Origin: Squalus acanthias
Taxonomy: Eukaryota
Direction of reading: 5' to 3'
Assembly (NCBI GenBank): GCA_030390025.1
Contig: CM059448.1
Span: 12,586,001-12,650,000, forward strand
DNA: 64,000 bases
Part shown: in pieces, positions 1 through 13,537 of the stretch
How the letters are laid out: each line of letters starts with the position of its first letter
Position numbering within the stretch: the stretch's first letter is position 1
Program-made: the position numbers and the translations under genes
Notes under the pieces: generated by a model
Databases searched by the model: none
Seen by the model: only the letters and a program-made list of their open reading frames with translations
What the model was told of the DNA's origin: nothing

Positions 1-131
1 TGTCTCCAATTTCACGTTTGGGATCTCTCCGTGCCCTGTGCTCAGTCCAAATAAAATGAGATTGAAGGAACAACTGCTGCAAATTCCTTTCCACCAAGTG
101 AGATCCTTCCGGATCTGTTTCTGGAGGGAGC

Positions 132-416
132 AAAGAAAGACTTTCATTTATATGGGGCCTTTCGTGATCTGGGGATGTCCCAAAGCGCTTTACAACCAAT
201 TAAGTACTTTTCTTTTTGAAGTGTAGTCACTGTTGTAATGTAGGAAACGCGGCAGCCAATTTGTGCACAGCAAGGTCCCACAAACTGCAATGTGATAATG
301 ACCAGATAATCTGTTTGTGTCGTTGATTGAAGGATAAATATCGGCCAGGGCATTGGGGAGAACTCCCCAGCTCTGCTCCGAAATAGTGCAGCGGGATCTT
401 TTACGTCCACCTGAGA
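132..416 (-). mobile_element. DeuSINE (SacSINE1/AmnSINE1-like), 3' half
   Basis: Matches the 3' half of the full-length copies at 13071, 22857 and 30559. Confidence 0.85.
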
Positions 417-630
417 AATGCTGATGCGTTCATATTTTTTTTAATATAATGGATCAACTAGTTAGCTAAATGACAGACGGTATGTACTCTGATACAACCA
501 GGTGTGTGAGGAAATACACTGGTGATGTGTTTTTAGCTTTGTAATTATGGGGGTTCTGTATTCATTGTTAGGACAACATGTGCAGGAATAATAACTTCTG
601 GTAGCTTAATTGTGCTGCTAGATAAGTTTA

Positions 631-767
631 AAGAAAAACTTGCATTTATATAGCGCCTCTCATGACGTAAAGGACGTCCCAAAGCGCTTTACAGCCAATG
701 AAGTACTTTTTGAAGTGTGGTCACTGTTGTAATGTAGGGAGCACCTCATCCAAAAGACGGCACCTCC
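631..767 (-). mobile_element. DeuSINE fragment with internal deletion
   Basis: 3' tail (cttgcatttatatagcgcc...gaagtgtggtcactgttgtaatgtagg) joined directly to the upstream consensus segment ctcatccaaaagacggcacctcc. Confidence 0.8.
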
Positions 768-3700
768 AGTAGATGAAACTTCAGTAAATATTTGGCTCCT
801 GTATTTAAAATCCCGATGATAGTGAATACATTCATAATCCTGTGATTGTGGATAGGGGCCTGGGGCTATCTGACACAATAATCTACCATCCACGCAATTG
901 ATGTATTTTGTCAAGTCCGGGCCGTGCTAGTAGATGAGGGGCCTCACTGTAGTCGAGTATCCCTTGCTCCCCCGCCCTCAGGACTGCCCTGCCCTCAGGA
1001 CTGCCACACCTGGTGACGTTGCCAGCTTCTTTGTGGGATGGATAAATCCAGCGCTCACTTGCTGTGCAGTGTTTATTTCCACTTGTATACGTGTTTACCA
1101 GAGGACACATTGGAGACTAACACAAATTTGGAGAATGGCTGTTTCTCCTCATAATTAATTACGGACAAACAAAATTAGCATTTTTCAAATCCTTGCATTC
1201 CTGTTGTATCCATGTCTTGACCATCAATTATGGAGAAATATGAATGTTTCTCTTTTAAAAAAAATAAATAAATCATTAATTGCAGGTCATTTAACTTCTT
1301 TAGGACCCCAGCTTGACATCACGGCTGTCATCTCTGACTGCGATAGCAGTATAATGAACAATTTGTTTATGGGGAGCATGGAGAGTCCCTTGTTCCATAG
1401 TATTTGAGGCATATAATGCCTGGGCAGCAATGGATGAAGAACTCATTATGTACTATAAAGATATGACTTTTATGAGGACCTCTCGCATAGACATCATGAC
1501 TGGGAGCACAGTGTGCTTTTTACTGCGCAAGATTCCTTGCTGATATTTTCAGTATCACTTTATTTACACCAGTTTTATATATACAAGATGGAAGCTGGCA
1601 GATCAGAATGTGGATTTTTTTTTTGTCTAAAGAAGGCATTGTTCCTTCATAGGTGTCATGACCATCAACATCATTGTCCTAGATGTATACTATACTCACT
1701 TCAGAATTATTTTTTCTGAAGATACCTGAAAGAGGTCAGTTATTCTTAGTTCAGTGACAATCCATTACCACTGCTCCAACCCCAAGGGTATTGAGAGCAC
1801 AGTAATACCTCAGAAGATAAATGTGGCCCAGCACCACCCTCTTTGTTGCATAAATTCATGTGCAGGTTCCAGTGTGATACTTGTAGAGGGGCGAGCAGCT
1901 TTGAACCCATGTGTAGAGCTGCAGTAAGCAATTTTATTTATGATTTGGAAGAGTTTTCCAGATTTAACTTTTTTTAGCTCTCCAATTTAAAAAAAAACAT
2001 TGTTTCTCCTTCACGGTCCCCTCCCAATTACAGCATTCAACTATATCTTTTAAATGACTCAAGTTGTTTCCTCCATTCCCTCACTTGATATTCTGTTCCT
2101 GTTAATCACTCATGCGTTAAGAACTTTTTTGAGATCGGTCTTAAATTTACCTTTCACCAGCTTGAATCTGTGCCCTTTCCTACATGCATGACTGACCTTG
2201 AAGCATTGCTATGGATTTACCTCTTTCATTGTACGATTAAATATCTAATATAATCGCCGACAAACACAAGCCACAGTAACTCTTAAAGCAGAGATAACTG
2301 GAAGAGGCACAAAATGCTTCTGATACAATATATAGAGCCATGGACTCATTAGAAGATAAAATATTATCATTCAGTATTTCAAAAAAAAAAGAAGATGGCA
2401 AAGGGAAAAAGTTGATACATTCAGATTAAGACTCTCACTGGTGAGTTTTAATGGTGTTGAGACTTTCAGCATTATCTTTTGAACTTTACAATGTTGAAAT
2501 CCTGGTTGTAAATCTTGTTTAATCGCTATTGATTGAACGTGGGTTTTTCCAGATCAATAGCAAAGTCACTTACTGTCAGTTCTGTTGTCCAGTTTAGCCA
2601 GGCTGCCTGCGTTTATGGGAGCAAATATTTGCGCAGTAGGAGGTCAAACTCTCGTCCTCTGATCAAATAATAGCTGGGCACATTCTTAAACTTTCAAACC
2701 ACTGATCGACCCTTAGCCTGCATGGACCGTCAAACCGTGATCTGAATCGTAAAAGCATGTAGAGCAATTTTGCTCCACATGAACTCATTAGGCTATGTAA
2801 ATTTGGCGGCGTGGCGGAAATAGTATAGGACAGTATCCCAGTGCCTTCAAGGCATATTTATCCAATGTCTACTTGTTAGGACTAAACAATAGGCTAGCTA
2901 ATATAGTGATTTGTTAAATAGGCCCTATCGCTTTTAATGACGGTTTATCTTTTTAGAAATAAGATAAATGCATTTGAAATGAGAGTCCTGACCTCCCAAT
3001 AAGATGAATACGATTTTGACCAATGCATGTTCATATAAAGTTGATTAAAGCTTTCTAATTGTACTACAGTCTATAGTCAGAATAAGGGCACTATCCAAAG
3101 ATTTCGCCATTTTATTTATTTTTATGAACTTGGTTGCTTAGGTGCGGCCTCAGCCCAGGGTACAAAGTGTGTAATATGAGGCTGAGTCAAGATCTTCCAA
3201 AACTTGCCTGTTGAGGGTCTGCATTGAAATATTGGCTTTTGAATGAGAGTCCAGTGCTTCACCCCAAAGTTCCGTGTTTTTTTTTAATTTTAAAGCCGAC
3301 AACTGGAAGTTTCCATCACTTCACACTGAGCTTGCTTGATTTTTAATGAGACCCTTGTCTAAGGTACAAATTGGAATAGAGGAATTAGGGCAAGATCGAA
3401 GCCTGCAGTAGGCCCCATGAGCTTTCAAAGTTCACACACTGACCTCTGCTGCCAGGGCAACCATTAATCCAATAGGTGCAAGTTAACCCAGGTGACATTG
3501 GGACTCCTTTCTCCCTGTGGCTTAATAGCTGAATGCCTGAATCACACAGTGGTACTTACAGTACTAGGCTGTAGTTTAACAGAGCCATCAGTCTCCCTTA
3601 TACATGTGGATTTAATCATGTGTAACATTGGATTAGGTCTTTATTTAAACTGGGGCTTCTCATTCATTTGATATTCAAGGCTTGCTGGTAGTCTCTCATT

Positions 3701-4416
3701 TTGTGTGAACAAGTGAATTGAATTCAGATCCAAATTGAGTTTTGTCACCCTTGACATGGCCTATAGCTATTGTTTGTGCAAATCCTGTTTACACAGAGAG
3801 GTCAAGTCAGGTCAGTTATCCAAAGAGATACTTCAGATAGATACTTAAGCTATGTAAAGGGCCTAAAGAATGCCATTTTCTTGAGGCCTCTCACAATATG
3901 AGGACAAGCTTTAATTTTCCTCGAAACTGAGAACTTTTGACTGCTAACACTAAAAGAACTTTTGTATTCTTCCCTCCTCCCCAGTACAACTAGCTTTAAA
4001 GTCTTCTATTTGCATTGATCAGCCTTGCCTATTTAATGACATGGTCCCGTAAAGCTGAATTCTTACTCAGTTGTGATGATGTATATCTAAATGAACAAAG
4101 GTTTTTGCACTTTTATATACTTTTAAAAAAAAAAATGGGAATAGGCAGCGTGGATTTGGTTGAGATTCTTGCAGGAATAGGCCTCTTGTGTTCTGATTGG
4201 CCTGTTCCATTTGGCTGCCCTGATGGTTCAGTGGCAAAGTGCATGGAGTTGAGCGATATGGAGTCCTACACTGCAGGTAAGGGCCCATCCCTGCTCTCTG
4301 CTCCTGGTGACATTGCTTTACTGTTATGGGAGACCCTGCACTAGCACCGACAGTTGACGGCACATGGATCTTGCATGGCCGGCTGCAACACAAAGACGAG
4401 CCTGTCTGGACTCATT

Positions 4417-4580
4417 GGGGGTGATTTTAACCTAACATACAGGGCGGGGAACCCCACCGGATCGGGTGGGACGCTGATTGTTGCACCCCGCCCAATATTA
4501 CTCTCCGTTGCAGGGGTGAAAACTAGCGTTCCATCCGATCTCGTCGGCTTCCCAACTGGCGTGTTAAGTTAAAATTGCCA
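4417..4580. mobile_element. Small palindromic MITE-like element (possibly PIF/Harbinger-type)
   Basis: Ends ggtgattttaac...gttaaaattgcc are inverted repeats, and internal ggatcgggtggga...ttccatccgatc is also self-complementary. No clear TSD. Confidence 0.5.
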
Positions 4581-5021
4581 GTGACTGGGAGAACCTGTTT
4601 ATTTTGTTTAAACTAAATAAATCTGGTCATCTTGGCAGTGGGCCTTTTGAACATCCAGCAGCTTTCACTGCAGGTTGTAGCTGGCTGCAGGAGAGCGGTG
4701 TGTCGGGAACCGCCGGCGCTAGCACGAGTCTCGCTCGGTGTAAGAGCAGCTTTAGCTGATCTTGGCCAGAATGGCAATGGCGTGGTGGAAGTTGAGAATT
4801 GCTACACTGGGCCTCAGTGCCCCTTGGCAAGGGAGGGAACAGGTCAGCCAATTATTCCAGGCTTTTTTGTGTGTGTATATTGGGAGTGGGAAGAAGGCGA
4901 ACCGGGTGAGGGGAGAATCTGGCTCCATTTGGACTGTACAGAAAGCTCACTTGCACTTATTGCTCTGACTCACTTATGAAGTAAAGACAATTGGCATGGG
5001 TACTTTGAGGGCTGTGGAACT

Positions 5022-5138
5022 GTACTGTAGAATAAGCAAGGTCCTTTTGTGGAAGGTGGGAATAAGCATTCATTCTGTTTAAGATGGGCAGTATTCCATG
5101 TATGAGGTACTGTAGAATAAGCAAGCTCCTTTTGTGGA
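5022..5138 (+). repeat. ~32-bp direct repeat (gtactgtagaataagcaagStccttttgtgga) x2
   Basis: Copies at about 5022-5053 and 5107-5138, one mismatch. Confidence 0.8.
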
Positions 5139-5146
5139 GCTTGCTT

Positions 5147-6068
5147 TCGTTAACACCTTCACCGAAGCGTACGAGAGCATGGGCCTTACACTAAACATCC
5201 GTAAGACAAAGGTCCTCTACCAACCTGCCCCCGCCACACAGTACTGCCCCCCGATTATCAAAATCCACGACAAGGCCTTGGACAACGTGGACCACTTTCC
5301 ATACCTCGGGAGCCTACTGTCAATAAGGGCAGATGTCGATGACGAAGTCCAGCACCGCCTTCAGTGTGCCAGTGCAGCCTTCGGTCACCTGAGGAAGAGA
5401 GTGTTTGAAGACCAGGACCTCAAACCTGGCACCAAGCTCATGGTCTACAGAGCAGTAGTAATACTCGCCCTCCTGTATGCCTCAGAGACATGGACCATGT
5501 ACAGCAGGCACCTCAAAGCACTGGAGAGGTATCGCCAACGCTGCCTCCGCAAGATCCTGCAAATCCATTGGCAGGATAGGTGCACCAACGTCCATGTTCT
5601 TGCTCAGGCCAGCATCGAAGCTTTGACCACGCTCGATCAGCTCCGATGGACGGGTCACATCGTCCGCATGCCCGATACGAGACTTCCAAAACAAGCGCTC
5701 TACTCGGAGCTCCGACACGGCAAGAGAGCCCCAGGTGGGCAGAGGAAACGCTTCAAGGACACCCTCAAAGCCTCCTTGAAAAAGTGCAACATCCCCACTA
5801 AGACCTGGGAATCCCTGGCCCAAGACTGCACAAAGTGGAGGAGAAGCATCCGGGAAGGCGCCGAACACTTCGAGTCTCTTCGCCAGGAGCAAGCGGAAGG
5901 AGCGCATGTCAACCCAAGCACCCCACCAACCCGACCCTTCAACCACCGTCTGCCCCACCTGTGACAGAGACTGTAGGTCCCGCATTGGACTCAGCAGTCA
6001 CCTGAGAACTCATTTTTAGTGTGGAAGCGAGTCATCCTCGGTTCCGAGGGACTGCCTAAGAGAAGAGA
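5147..6068 (+). mobile_element. RTE-clade LINE, 5'-truncated (RT C-terminal region, terminal zinc finger, 3' UTR)
   Basis: ORF 5134..5964 has RTE motifs GLTLNIRKTKVL, FPYLGS, LLYASETWT, QLRWTGHIVRMPDTRLPK, GGQRKRFKDTLK. After a frameshift, 5942-6019 reads TTVCPTCDRDCRSRIGLSSHLRTHF*. Short-repeat tail (aagagaagaga). Confidence 0.92.
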
Positions 6069-7489
6069 CCGTGCTCTTGTTACATTGAGACAGCAAAGCA
6101 TAAATATGCCTTCAGTTGAAGGCCTTGTATAAAACAACAGCCGGCAACATGAAGCTGGTGAATGTCTCCCCACCATTTCTAGCTCCTGGTATTTGTGATT
6201 TGTGTGCTGGAATAATTATGCTGACCATTTTGCTCACTGTATTCTACCACTTAAAGCATCCTGTCAGTAAAACCCCAGAGCATTCAAAATATAATTTGTC
6301 TGACATTTCTCCAAAGCAATGCAACGTAGCCTGGTGGGACTGTGTCAGTCATATCCAATTCCCTTCCGACGTCTATTGAGATTACACCACTAATGCCCTG
6401 TAGATTGCTGAAATCGTCCGATAAAGCCACCAGCCTTGGGCTGAATAACCGGGAGACAATTTAGACTTGAGAGGAATAGACTTCTGCCCCCTTGGCGAAA
6501 GCAATTTATTGTACATTTGATACATTCTAGCAAAACAAAAGCCCAGATATCTGTTTTCTATATTTTTTTTTTAGTTTTTTGAGTGAAAGCAGAATAGTGG
6601 TTTCACATGATCTTTTTCCTCTATCGGGAGAGTTTGGAATGTCTTTGAGGCTTATGCCAACCTGTAGACGTTCTCTTGTGTGGCCCAATCTCTGCAGCAA
6701 CCACATTTTTTTTTTCAATGAGTCAACCAAATTTATTGGGCTGAAAAGGTATTTAGTCCCGTTTGCATGGTGGAAAAATCAAACCTGTAGCTATGAACTT
6801 GGAGCAATTACGGAACTAAAAAGAAATTCACGTGTGTGTGCTCTGACATTGAGGATAGAAGGAAGAATGCTTTTAGTTGAAATAGCAGGTCCATATGCAG
6901 TCAGTACTCGGCAATACCTTATTACCACAGAGTTTCGGGTTTGGAAAAAAGAGAACTTGCTGGAAAATTAGCACAATTGAACAGTATAGTATTACTTGGC
7001 ATGTAGCTTTAGATTTATACACACACACACACACTAAATGTGAAAAGGATTTGGTGCTTAGCATTGAAAACGGGAGGTACTTAACAGCAGTAATTGCATT
7101 TTCGTTAAATACTGGGAGACCATTTTGCACAAGTTTTTTGGAAGCTAAACTCTTTGCTACAGTTCCAGCTTCCCCTGAAGCATTCCTGCCTTGGCCTGCA
7201 CACCAGAGACTAAGCAGGCAGCAAAAAAAGAAACATGACTCCGGCCCTGAAAATGTTTCCCGGCATTATTGGGATCATTTTACTTCTAGCTCTAATTATA
7301 TTTACAGCAAGCGAAAGATTTCCATGTGTGGAAGATCTGGAAGCGCAAGAGACATTTTTGGTCATTTTTTCCGTTAGGAGCTGTGGGCAAACACACCTCA
7401 TTTGACAACTTAGCTGCAGCAACACACCAGTAAAGATTCGCCATTCAAATGCTCTCACTTTGAACGCCTGTGGGGATTTTTTTTAAACT

Positions 7490-7585
7490 GATGGGCGGGG
7501 GAGTGGGACTAGCTGAAGTGCTCTTGCAGAGAGCCGGCACGGGCCGAATGGCCTCCTTCTGTGCTGTAACCATTCTATGATTCGA
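7490..7585 (+). mobile_element. CR1 LINE 3' tail fragment
   Basis: gggccgaatggcctccttctgtgctgtaaccattctatgattc is the CR1 terminal hairpin plus repeat. Confidence 0.7.
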
Positions 7586-8649
7586 TGAAATATTCTCTTT
7601 TTGGCTGAGCGGGTGAACCGAGTTTGGAAAGTCTCAATTCAATGAACCTGGGCCCACCGCACCAAACGGGCCCTCCATCTGGGTACTAATGCCAGACTGG
7701 TATTGGAGTTGTCCCACAACAGGTCCCAGGTTCAATGTAGCACCACTGCTCACCTGATCAGCAGAAGGTTTACAATCCCACATTGTTTCCAGTAGACTTT
7801 GATAATAGAGTGGATTGAACCAAATCACGTATACTTCGACACCGGTTACAGACCAAGTTAATGTACTATTTTGTCTTAGACACAGAATCTTTTTGGCTTT
7901 CTCCCTCAGCCGACACTGGATGGCTGGTGTGGGAAATGGAAAATATCATGCTGATGCAGCAGTTGGTGCTCAGGGTTGAAGTACTTAGCATAGACTAGAA
8001 GGAGCTTTACTTTGCATCTAACTATGCTCGACTGACCTGGGGGTGCTTGATGCCAACCATTGGGCCTACTTTGATGGACCACTGAGGGTGCCATGGCCAC
8101 CATTGTCACCTAACACAAATCAGCACAAAGTGCCCCTTTTGAGGGCACTACTAATATAACAATGATATGGTCCAATCAAACTTTAAAAAAAAAATGAAGC
8201 TCAACATAAGCAAAATAGTCCCCACAAAAACAAAGGGAACTTTCACAGCTAAATCAGAATGTTGTTTCCAGTGTCTATAAGACACTCTCGACCCTGTGGT
8301 GCCCACCAGTCGCGGAAGGCCTCAAGTGTACCGGTGGGCAATGGATGTTCCCTCTCCAAGGTCACCCGGGCATGGAGAATAGGTTGCCTGAGCTTTATTG
8401 TGCATCTAACCTCTCTTTGAGCATAAAATTCTCAAAAAAAAGCTTAACTTATTGCATGACATTTCTTGCCAAATCCAGTTACTCTTGACAGTCTTTATGA
8501 AGTTGTACAGGTGGGGGTCTGAACGTAGGCACGTCTGATGGGGACTATAACACACCAGGTTACTGTTCTCATTCGTTCCCAGTCTATTAAAGTCCGAAAT
8601 CCAAGCAGAACATATCCTGTCAGATTGCTGTATTTTCACAGAAATTATC

Positions 8650-8832
8650 CCAGGTTGTGAATCTTTGGAACTCTCTACCCCAGAGGGCTGTGGATGCTCA
8701 GTCGTTCTAGATTTTTGGGCACGAAAGGAATCAAGGGATATGGGGATAGGGCGCGGTAAGCCATGATTTTATTGAATGGCGGAGCAGGCTCGAGGGGCTG
8801 TATGGCGTACTCCTGCTCCTATTTCTTATGAT
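8650..8832 (+). mobile_element. CR1 (HER1-like) LINE 3' fragment
   Basis: gtgaatctttggaactctctacc...gaatggcggagcaggctcgagggg...cctgctcctatttcttatg, similar to the copies at 47941 and 54552. Confidence 0.8.
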
Positions 8833-9487
8833 CTCTTTGTTCTTGTGTTAAAAGCACCTCTTGTAAAGGTGAGCGACAGGGTGTAGGTCAGTCCGTCGGT
8901 GATGTAAATGGTGGGAGGGCTGTGCGGTTCAGCCAAGGGGACACTAAGCTGCGAGATGCTGTTGTCTGCAGTTTAAAGAAATTAATTTACCAGAAATGGA
9001 AACGAGGCTTTATTCTGTGAAATAGCCGTATGTTTATCGGGGTTAGACTTCATTTATTGCTTCTCCTTTAATCTTTCATATTCTCTTTCTATAACTATAT
9101 GTAGGACATTGGTATATTGTCGTGGGACTTTCCTTTCTGCTCTCGTATTGATGTTGGCAGTTGCTGGGGTGTAGTTCCATGAGTGCTGACTACCTATCGC
9201 TACCACACCAAAGTATCTGTCCAAGTGTAAGCCTAGGCAATGAGAGTTAGTCGGCTATTTGACCATGGGAGACTCTGCAACAGAGTCTGATTCTGTTCTC
9301 TCCCAACATCCCCACACCCTTCTTCACAGGGGTCACTGCATAGCAATCAGGGGTCAGATTTTTTGACTGCTCCTTCCACCCGCCGCCCCCCACACTCCCC
9401 AAACCAGAGATACTGAGGCTAACTATAGAAACGCAACTACCACAGTTGAGCTCAGCAAGCTCGATGCAGACTGGGAATTTTGTTTTT

Positions 9488-9600
9488 AATTCACTATCGG
9501 GATGTGGGCGTCGCTGGCAGGCCTGGTATTTATTGACCATCCCTAGTTGCCCTTGAGGTGGTAGTGGTGAGCCACCACCTCGAACCGCAGCAGTCCTGCA
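9488..9600 (-). mobile_element. LINE 3' end fragment (probably RTE-X type)
   Basis: Reverse complement of the 3' end at 15590-15700 (gggatgtgggcgtcgctggc...atttattg..catccctag ttgcccttgag). Confidence 0.7.
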
Positions 9601-10692
9601 GTGCTGTTATATAACTGCTTCAGAGCAGAACATACTCCTCGTATCTAATAATGGGGATTACATCGCTGTCCCCACGTACAACTATTAAGAGCCAAGCTTA
9701 CTTCTAGCGGACAGTGCGATTCAGTAAAACAAATAATCGTTATATTAGCATGGATTAAACCAGCTGATCTGTACCCAAATACTGGTAGTTAAACTGCCCC
9801 GTGCATAAGCTTCAAGGGTCACCTTGCTTTCAGAGTTACCAACAGTGTTTGCAAGACTTGTTTGTGGATAGGTCAGTGCTGGCTTTTATGTATTTGTGGT
9901 GTTAATCAATAACTAATGAGTGACTGCACACACTGGCGATGCCTCTTTTTTCTTTTCCACCCCCAACTGTTGTGTACTTGGGGGGGCAGAGAGCAAAGTC
10001 CCTGTTGCTTTGGTACCTGCGGTGAGTGCACTAGGAAGCTGGACGCTTGCTTCAGTCTTTGATCCGAAGGCATGCTTTTGTTACAGGTACATATGCCCCG
10101 GCCAGGTTTATCTAGGCAAAACAGAGGCTGTGAAAAGCAGCACTGAAGCTGTGCGCCTTTGTTGAACAGTCCGGCTTTTCAAGGGTACGCTGTTGAAACA
10201 GTTGGTCGTTCACCCCAGGTCAGCAGAACAAAGAGGGCAGCTGGGGTTTTTTTTTGGAAAAGAAACCTGCGGCCAACTTTGATGAATAAGTTCAAAGGCA
10301 AAATTGGACTGCAGTGGAACCTGTGATAAAGATCGTGGGCCTGAATGGATCACCTGAGACCGTTCCCACTTGTAGATTGATTGACACCCGCATGTCTGTT
10401 GGGGGATGGCAAGTCTGTGAAAACCCAAGTTAATCCGAAAGGTTGCGATTCGCTGCCCAGTTTAAAGAATACTTTTGTTTTCTTTCCCAGTGACTGGGAG
10501 TATTATTTTCTGAACACGTGCTCCTTGTAAAACCTTAAAGTACCTCTTAAAATGTGTCCTGGAAATCCGTACGTGCTGGTTCCTGTCATTGAAGTGTTTT
10601 TACACTCGTGAACCATTGCTTCCAGTTTACATGTGTCCTGCAGGCTCCAAAAATAGCCAAGAAAAAGATTGGGGGCAAACTAGGATATCCTA

Positions 10693-11151
10693 AGCTCAGC
10701 GGAAGCTCGAGGAACAGCACCTCATCTTTCGTTTAGGCACTTTACAGCCTTCCAGACTCAATATCGAGTTCAACAATTTCAGATCATAACCCCGGCCCCT
10801 ACCACATATATATACATTTTATCCACCCCTTTTGGTCCGTGCCTTTTTCCTTTTTTTACTCTCTCTCCCCCTACGGCAGCTGTCTCTCATTCTGCCAGCA
10901 TTTCACACTTCACCTTTTGTTTCTTAACCTGTCCCATTACCATCTCGTCTTGCCTTGAGCATCTCTTAATGTCTCTACTTACCATAGACCACCCCTTTTG
11001 TTCTTTTATTCCTCCCCCTTGCATTGTTATCTGTTTAATTTCCTGCTCTTCTCAGTTCCGACGAAGGGTTTCGACCTGAAACGTTAACTCTGTTTCTCTC
11101 TCCACGGATGTTGCCTGGCCTGCTGAGTTTTTCCAGCGTTTTTCTGTTATT
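10693..11151 (+). mobile_element. Penelope-like element 3' part: GIY-YIG endonuclease C-terminus, 3' UTR and degenerate hammerhead, with 12-bp TSD
   Basis: 10694-10789 encodes AQRKLEEQHLIFRLGTLQPSRLNIEFNNFRS*, the E..LI..LGTL.P..LN end of PLE GIY-YIG domains. Flanked by TAGGATATCCTA at 10681-10692 and 11152-11163. Hammerhead-like motif at 11054-11089. Confidence 0.85.
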
Positions 11152-13070
11152 TAGGATATCCTATGTAGTCTCAGTGTACCCTTGTGTAATGTAATGACCC
11201 TTGCTGTTGAGGCTGTCTTTCTCCCCCCTCCCCCCCCCCCCCTCAGAAGACTGTTTTCACTGGTAGGGTACCTTGTGTCAGTGGTCATGATTCATGTGTA
11301 AACCTGGCTGGTGGCTGTCAAGCTTTCACTAAGAGGGAAGGATATCATGGTCTAGTTTGATCCTGTCCACACCCATCCAGACATTGTCCAATAGATGTAA
11401 TGGGATAGCGATCCAGGAGCTCGCACTCCTTTCTCCCTTCCCCCTCCTCCCCCTTGAGCTCAAATCTAATGGTCCCCCTGGGTGAGAGCAGCTAACTTTA
11501 AGACCAGCAATCAGACCTATGATCTTCCTGGCCAGTGTGCCTCGGGTCCCTCGTTGGATGGTTCATTTTACTCCCATCAAAGAGCTTGTTTGTTCTGCCC
11601 TTTTCTAAACGAGATTTCCTTCCGTTTCCAATGCGGTCGGGTGCAAATGACGTGAACTGCATCTGCCGAGTGCAAGAAAATGCCCCAGACCTGAAACCTT
11701 TTGGTAATCTGCAGAATCCGACTTTTGGGAAGTGGGTTGATCCCGGTCTAAAATGGACAATGGTTCTGCACCAAGAGGCCTGAGGAGCACTCCGTTATTG
11801 GAGAGATGAACAGATGTGCGGGAACTCAAATCTGCGTAATCGTCTGGCTTGTAACTTGGAATGCTGGATGTGTCACGAGAAGTAGAACTCGAGAGTAATT
11901 GGAGCTTTAGTCAGTATAAATTTGTAAAATATACATAATTGCTTTAACTTCTGAAAAGCGCTGGAAGGTTCTCGGAGCTGGATACAACACCTTGTTACAG
12001 CAGATAATGTACTGGGTTTGACACCCACTGTCTTAATTATTAAAGTGTTGATGAGTAATGGGAGCCACACAGACTGAAATAGCTCCCGACGCTCCCTGGC
12101 ACACACACTCCTTCACTTGCTGAAGGATCTCCCACTTGCTGTTCTTGAAGCTTCACCGGTATCTGCTTGGGCTTTATGTCTGAACCAGATCATAGTTATT
12201 GGCAAAATACACGCATCCACTCATCATCACGACCTTGTTCCTGCTCCTTGGTGGTGTCTCCCGCACTACACAGCTTCCCCCGGCTGTGAGGACCAGCTGG
12301 AGAGTTGCTTTAGGGCCTTTGCTAATGGCCAACCACTAGTAGGTGGGAGAGAGAATGGCCTGGGGTGACTTGGCCTCAGTATCAGACATACAAACATCTG
12401 GGGCGAAGATTCGCCGTGGTTCTTTCCCCCCCCCCATCAGATCTTTCAAGGGCAAATTTTGAGGGTGAAGACCCGAGCGATTGTTGCTGTAGCAAATTCT
12501 CTGGGGTGGTGGGGGAATTCAGGGACTGCTTGAGGCCTCGTCAAACTGTTGTTGCAACTCCTTCACTTATTCTGTTCGACACAAAATCTATCGGCAAACT
12601 GAAGGGGTGGGAAGTGTATGTCTGTCTTTTTTTGAAAATGCAGTCGATCGTTCGGAGAAGAGTGAGTTGAAAGGTGTTGCTTTTCCAACTGCTTAGAACA
12701 AACTTGCTCAGACACTGAATGCATTTTACAATGTTTGCTTAATAGCAATAATTGGATAAATGGAACACTTTCCTCATTATGTGGGCGTTGCCATTAAGAT
12801 GGATTTACTGTCTGAAAGCTTTACAGTGCATTAACATTGCTGCTGCTGCTGATGGCAGCTCGCAAGTCTGTAATGCAAATAAGGTGACCCTTCTGCCACT
12901 GGAGGCAATCTGTGACACCAAAAGCAGTGACCTGGTCCTGCACCTCTGACCAGCACCGCAGCCTCTGGCTACACAGATCTAAAGCGGCTTGCCACGAGAG
13001 GGAAGCCATGTTTTGTTGGCTGCCAGTGAGGGGAATTGGGCCCGCTTGCAACCTCAACTGCTGCGAAGAA

Positions 13071-13537
13071 GAAAAAGACTTGCATTTATTTAGCGCCTTT
13101 TACGACCACTGGACGTCTCAAAGCGCTTTACAGCCAATGAAGTACTTTTGAAGTGTAGTCACTGTTGTAATGTGGGAAATGCGGCAGCCAATCTACGCAC
13201 AGCAAGCTCCCACAAACAGCAATGTGATAATGACCAGATAAACTGTTTCTATGTTCTGTTGATTGAGGGATAAATATTGGCCAGGACACCGGAGAGAACT
13301 CCCTGCTCTTCTTCGAAATAGTGCCATAGGATCTTTTACATCCACCTGAGAGGGCAGACGGGGCCTCGGTTTAATGTCTCATCCGAAAGACGGCACCTCC
13401 GACCAATGCAGCACTCCCTCAGCACTGCATTGGAGTGTCAGCCTAGATTTATTGTGCTCAAGTCCCTGGAGTGGGACTTGAACCCACAACCTTCTGACTC
13501 GGAGGCGAGGGTGCTACCCACTGAGCCACAGCTGACA
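13071..13537 (-). mobile_element. Full-length tRNA-derived DeuSINE (SacSINE1/AmnSINE1-like)
   Basis: Minus strand: tRNA-like head with A box (TGGCTCAGTGGG) and B box (GGTTCAAGTCC), central Deu-domain, L2-like 3' tail ggcgctaaataaatgcaagtc. Confidence 0.9.

Noticed and set aside
144-410. Recurring ORFs such as MDVKDP.ALF... and ...TDYLVIITL.FVG.C.AQIGCRVSYITTVTTLQK
   Set aside because: Chance translations of the non-coding DeuSINE, repeated at each copy.
8295-8400. Possible HDV-like ribozyme (GCCCACC...GGTGGGC stem)
   Set aside because: Only one helix is evident. The L3/P1.1 consensus and nested pseudoknot could not be assigned.
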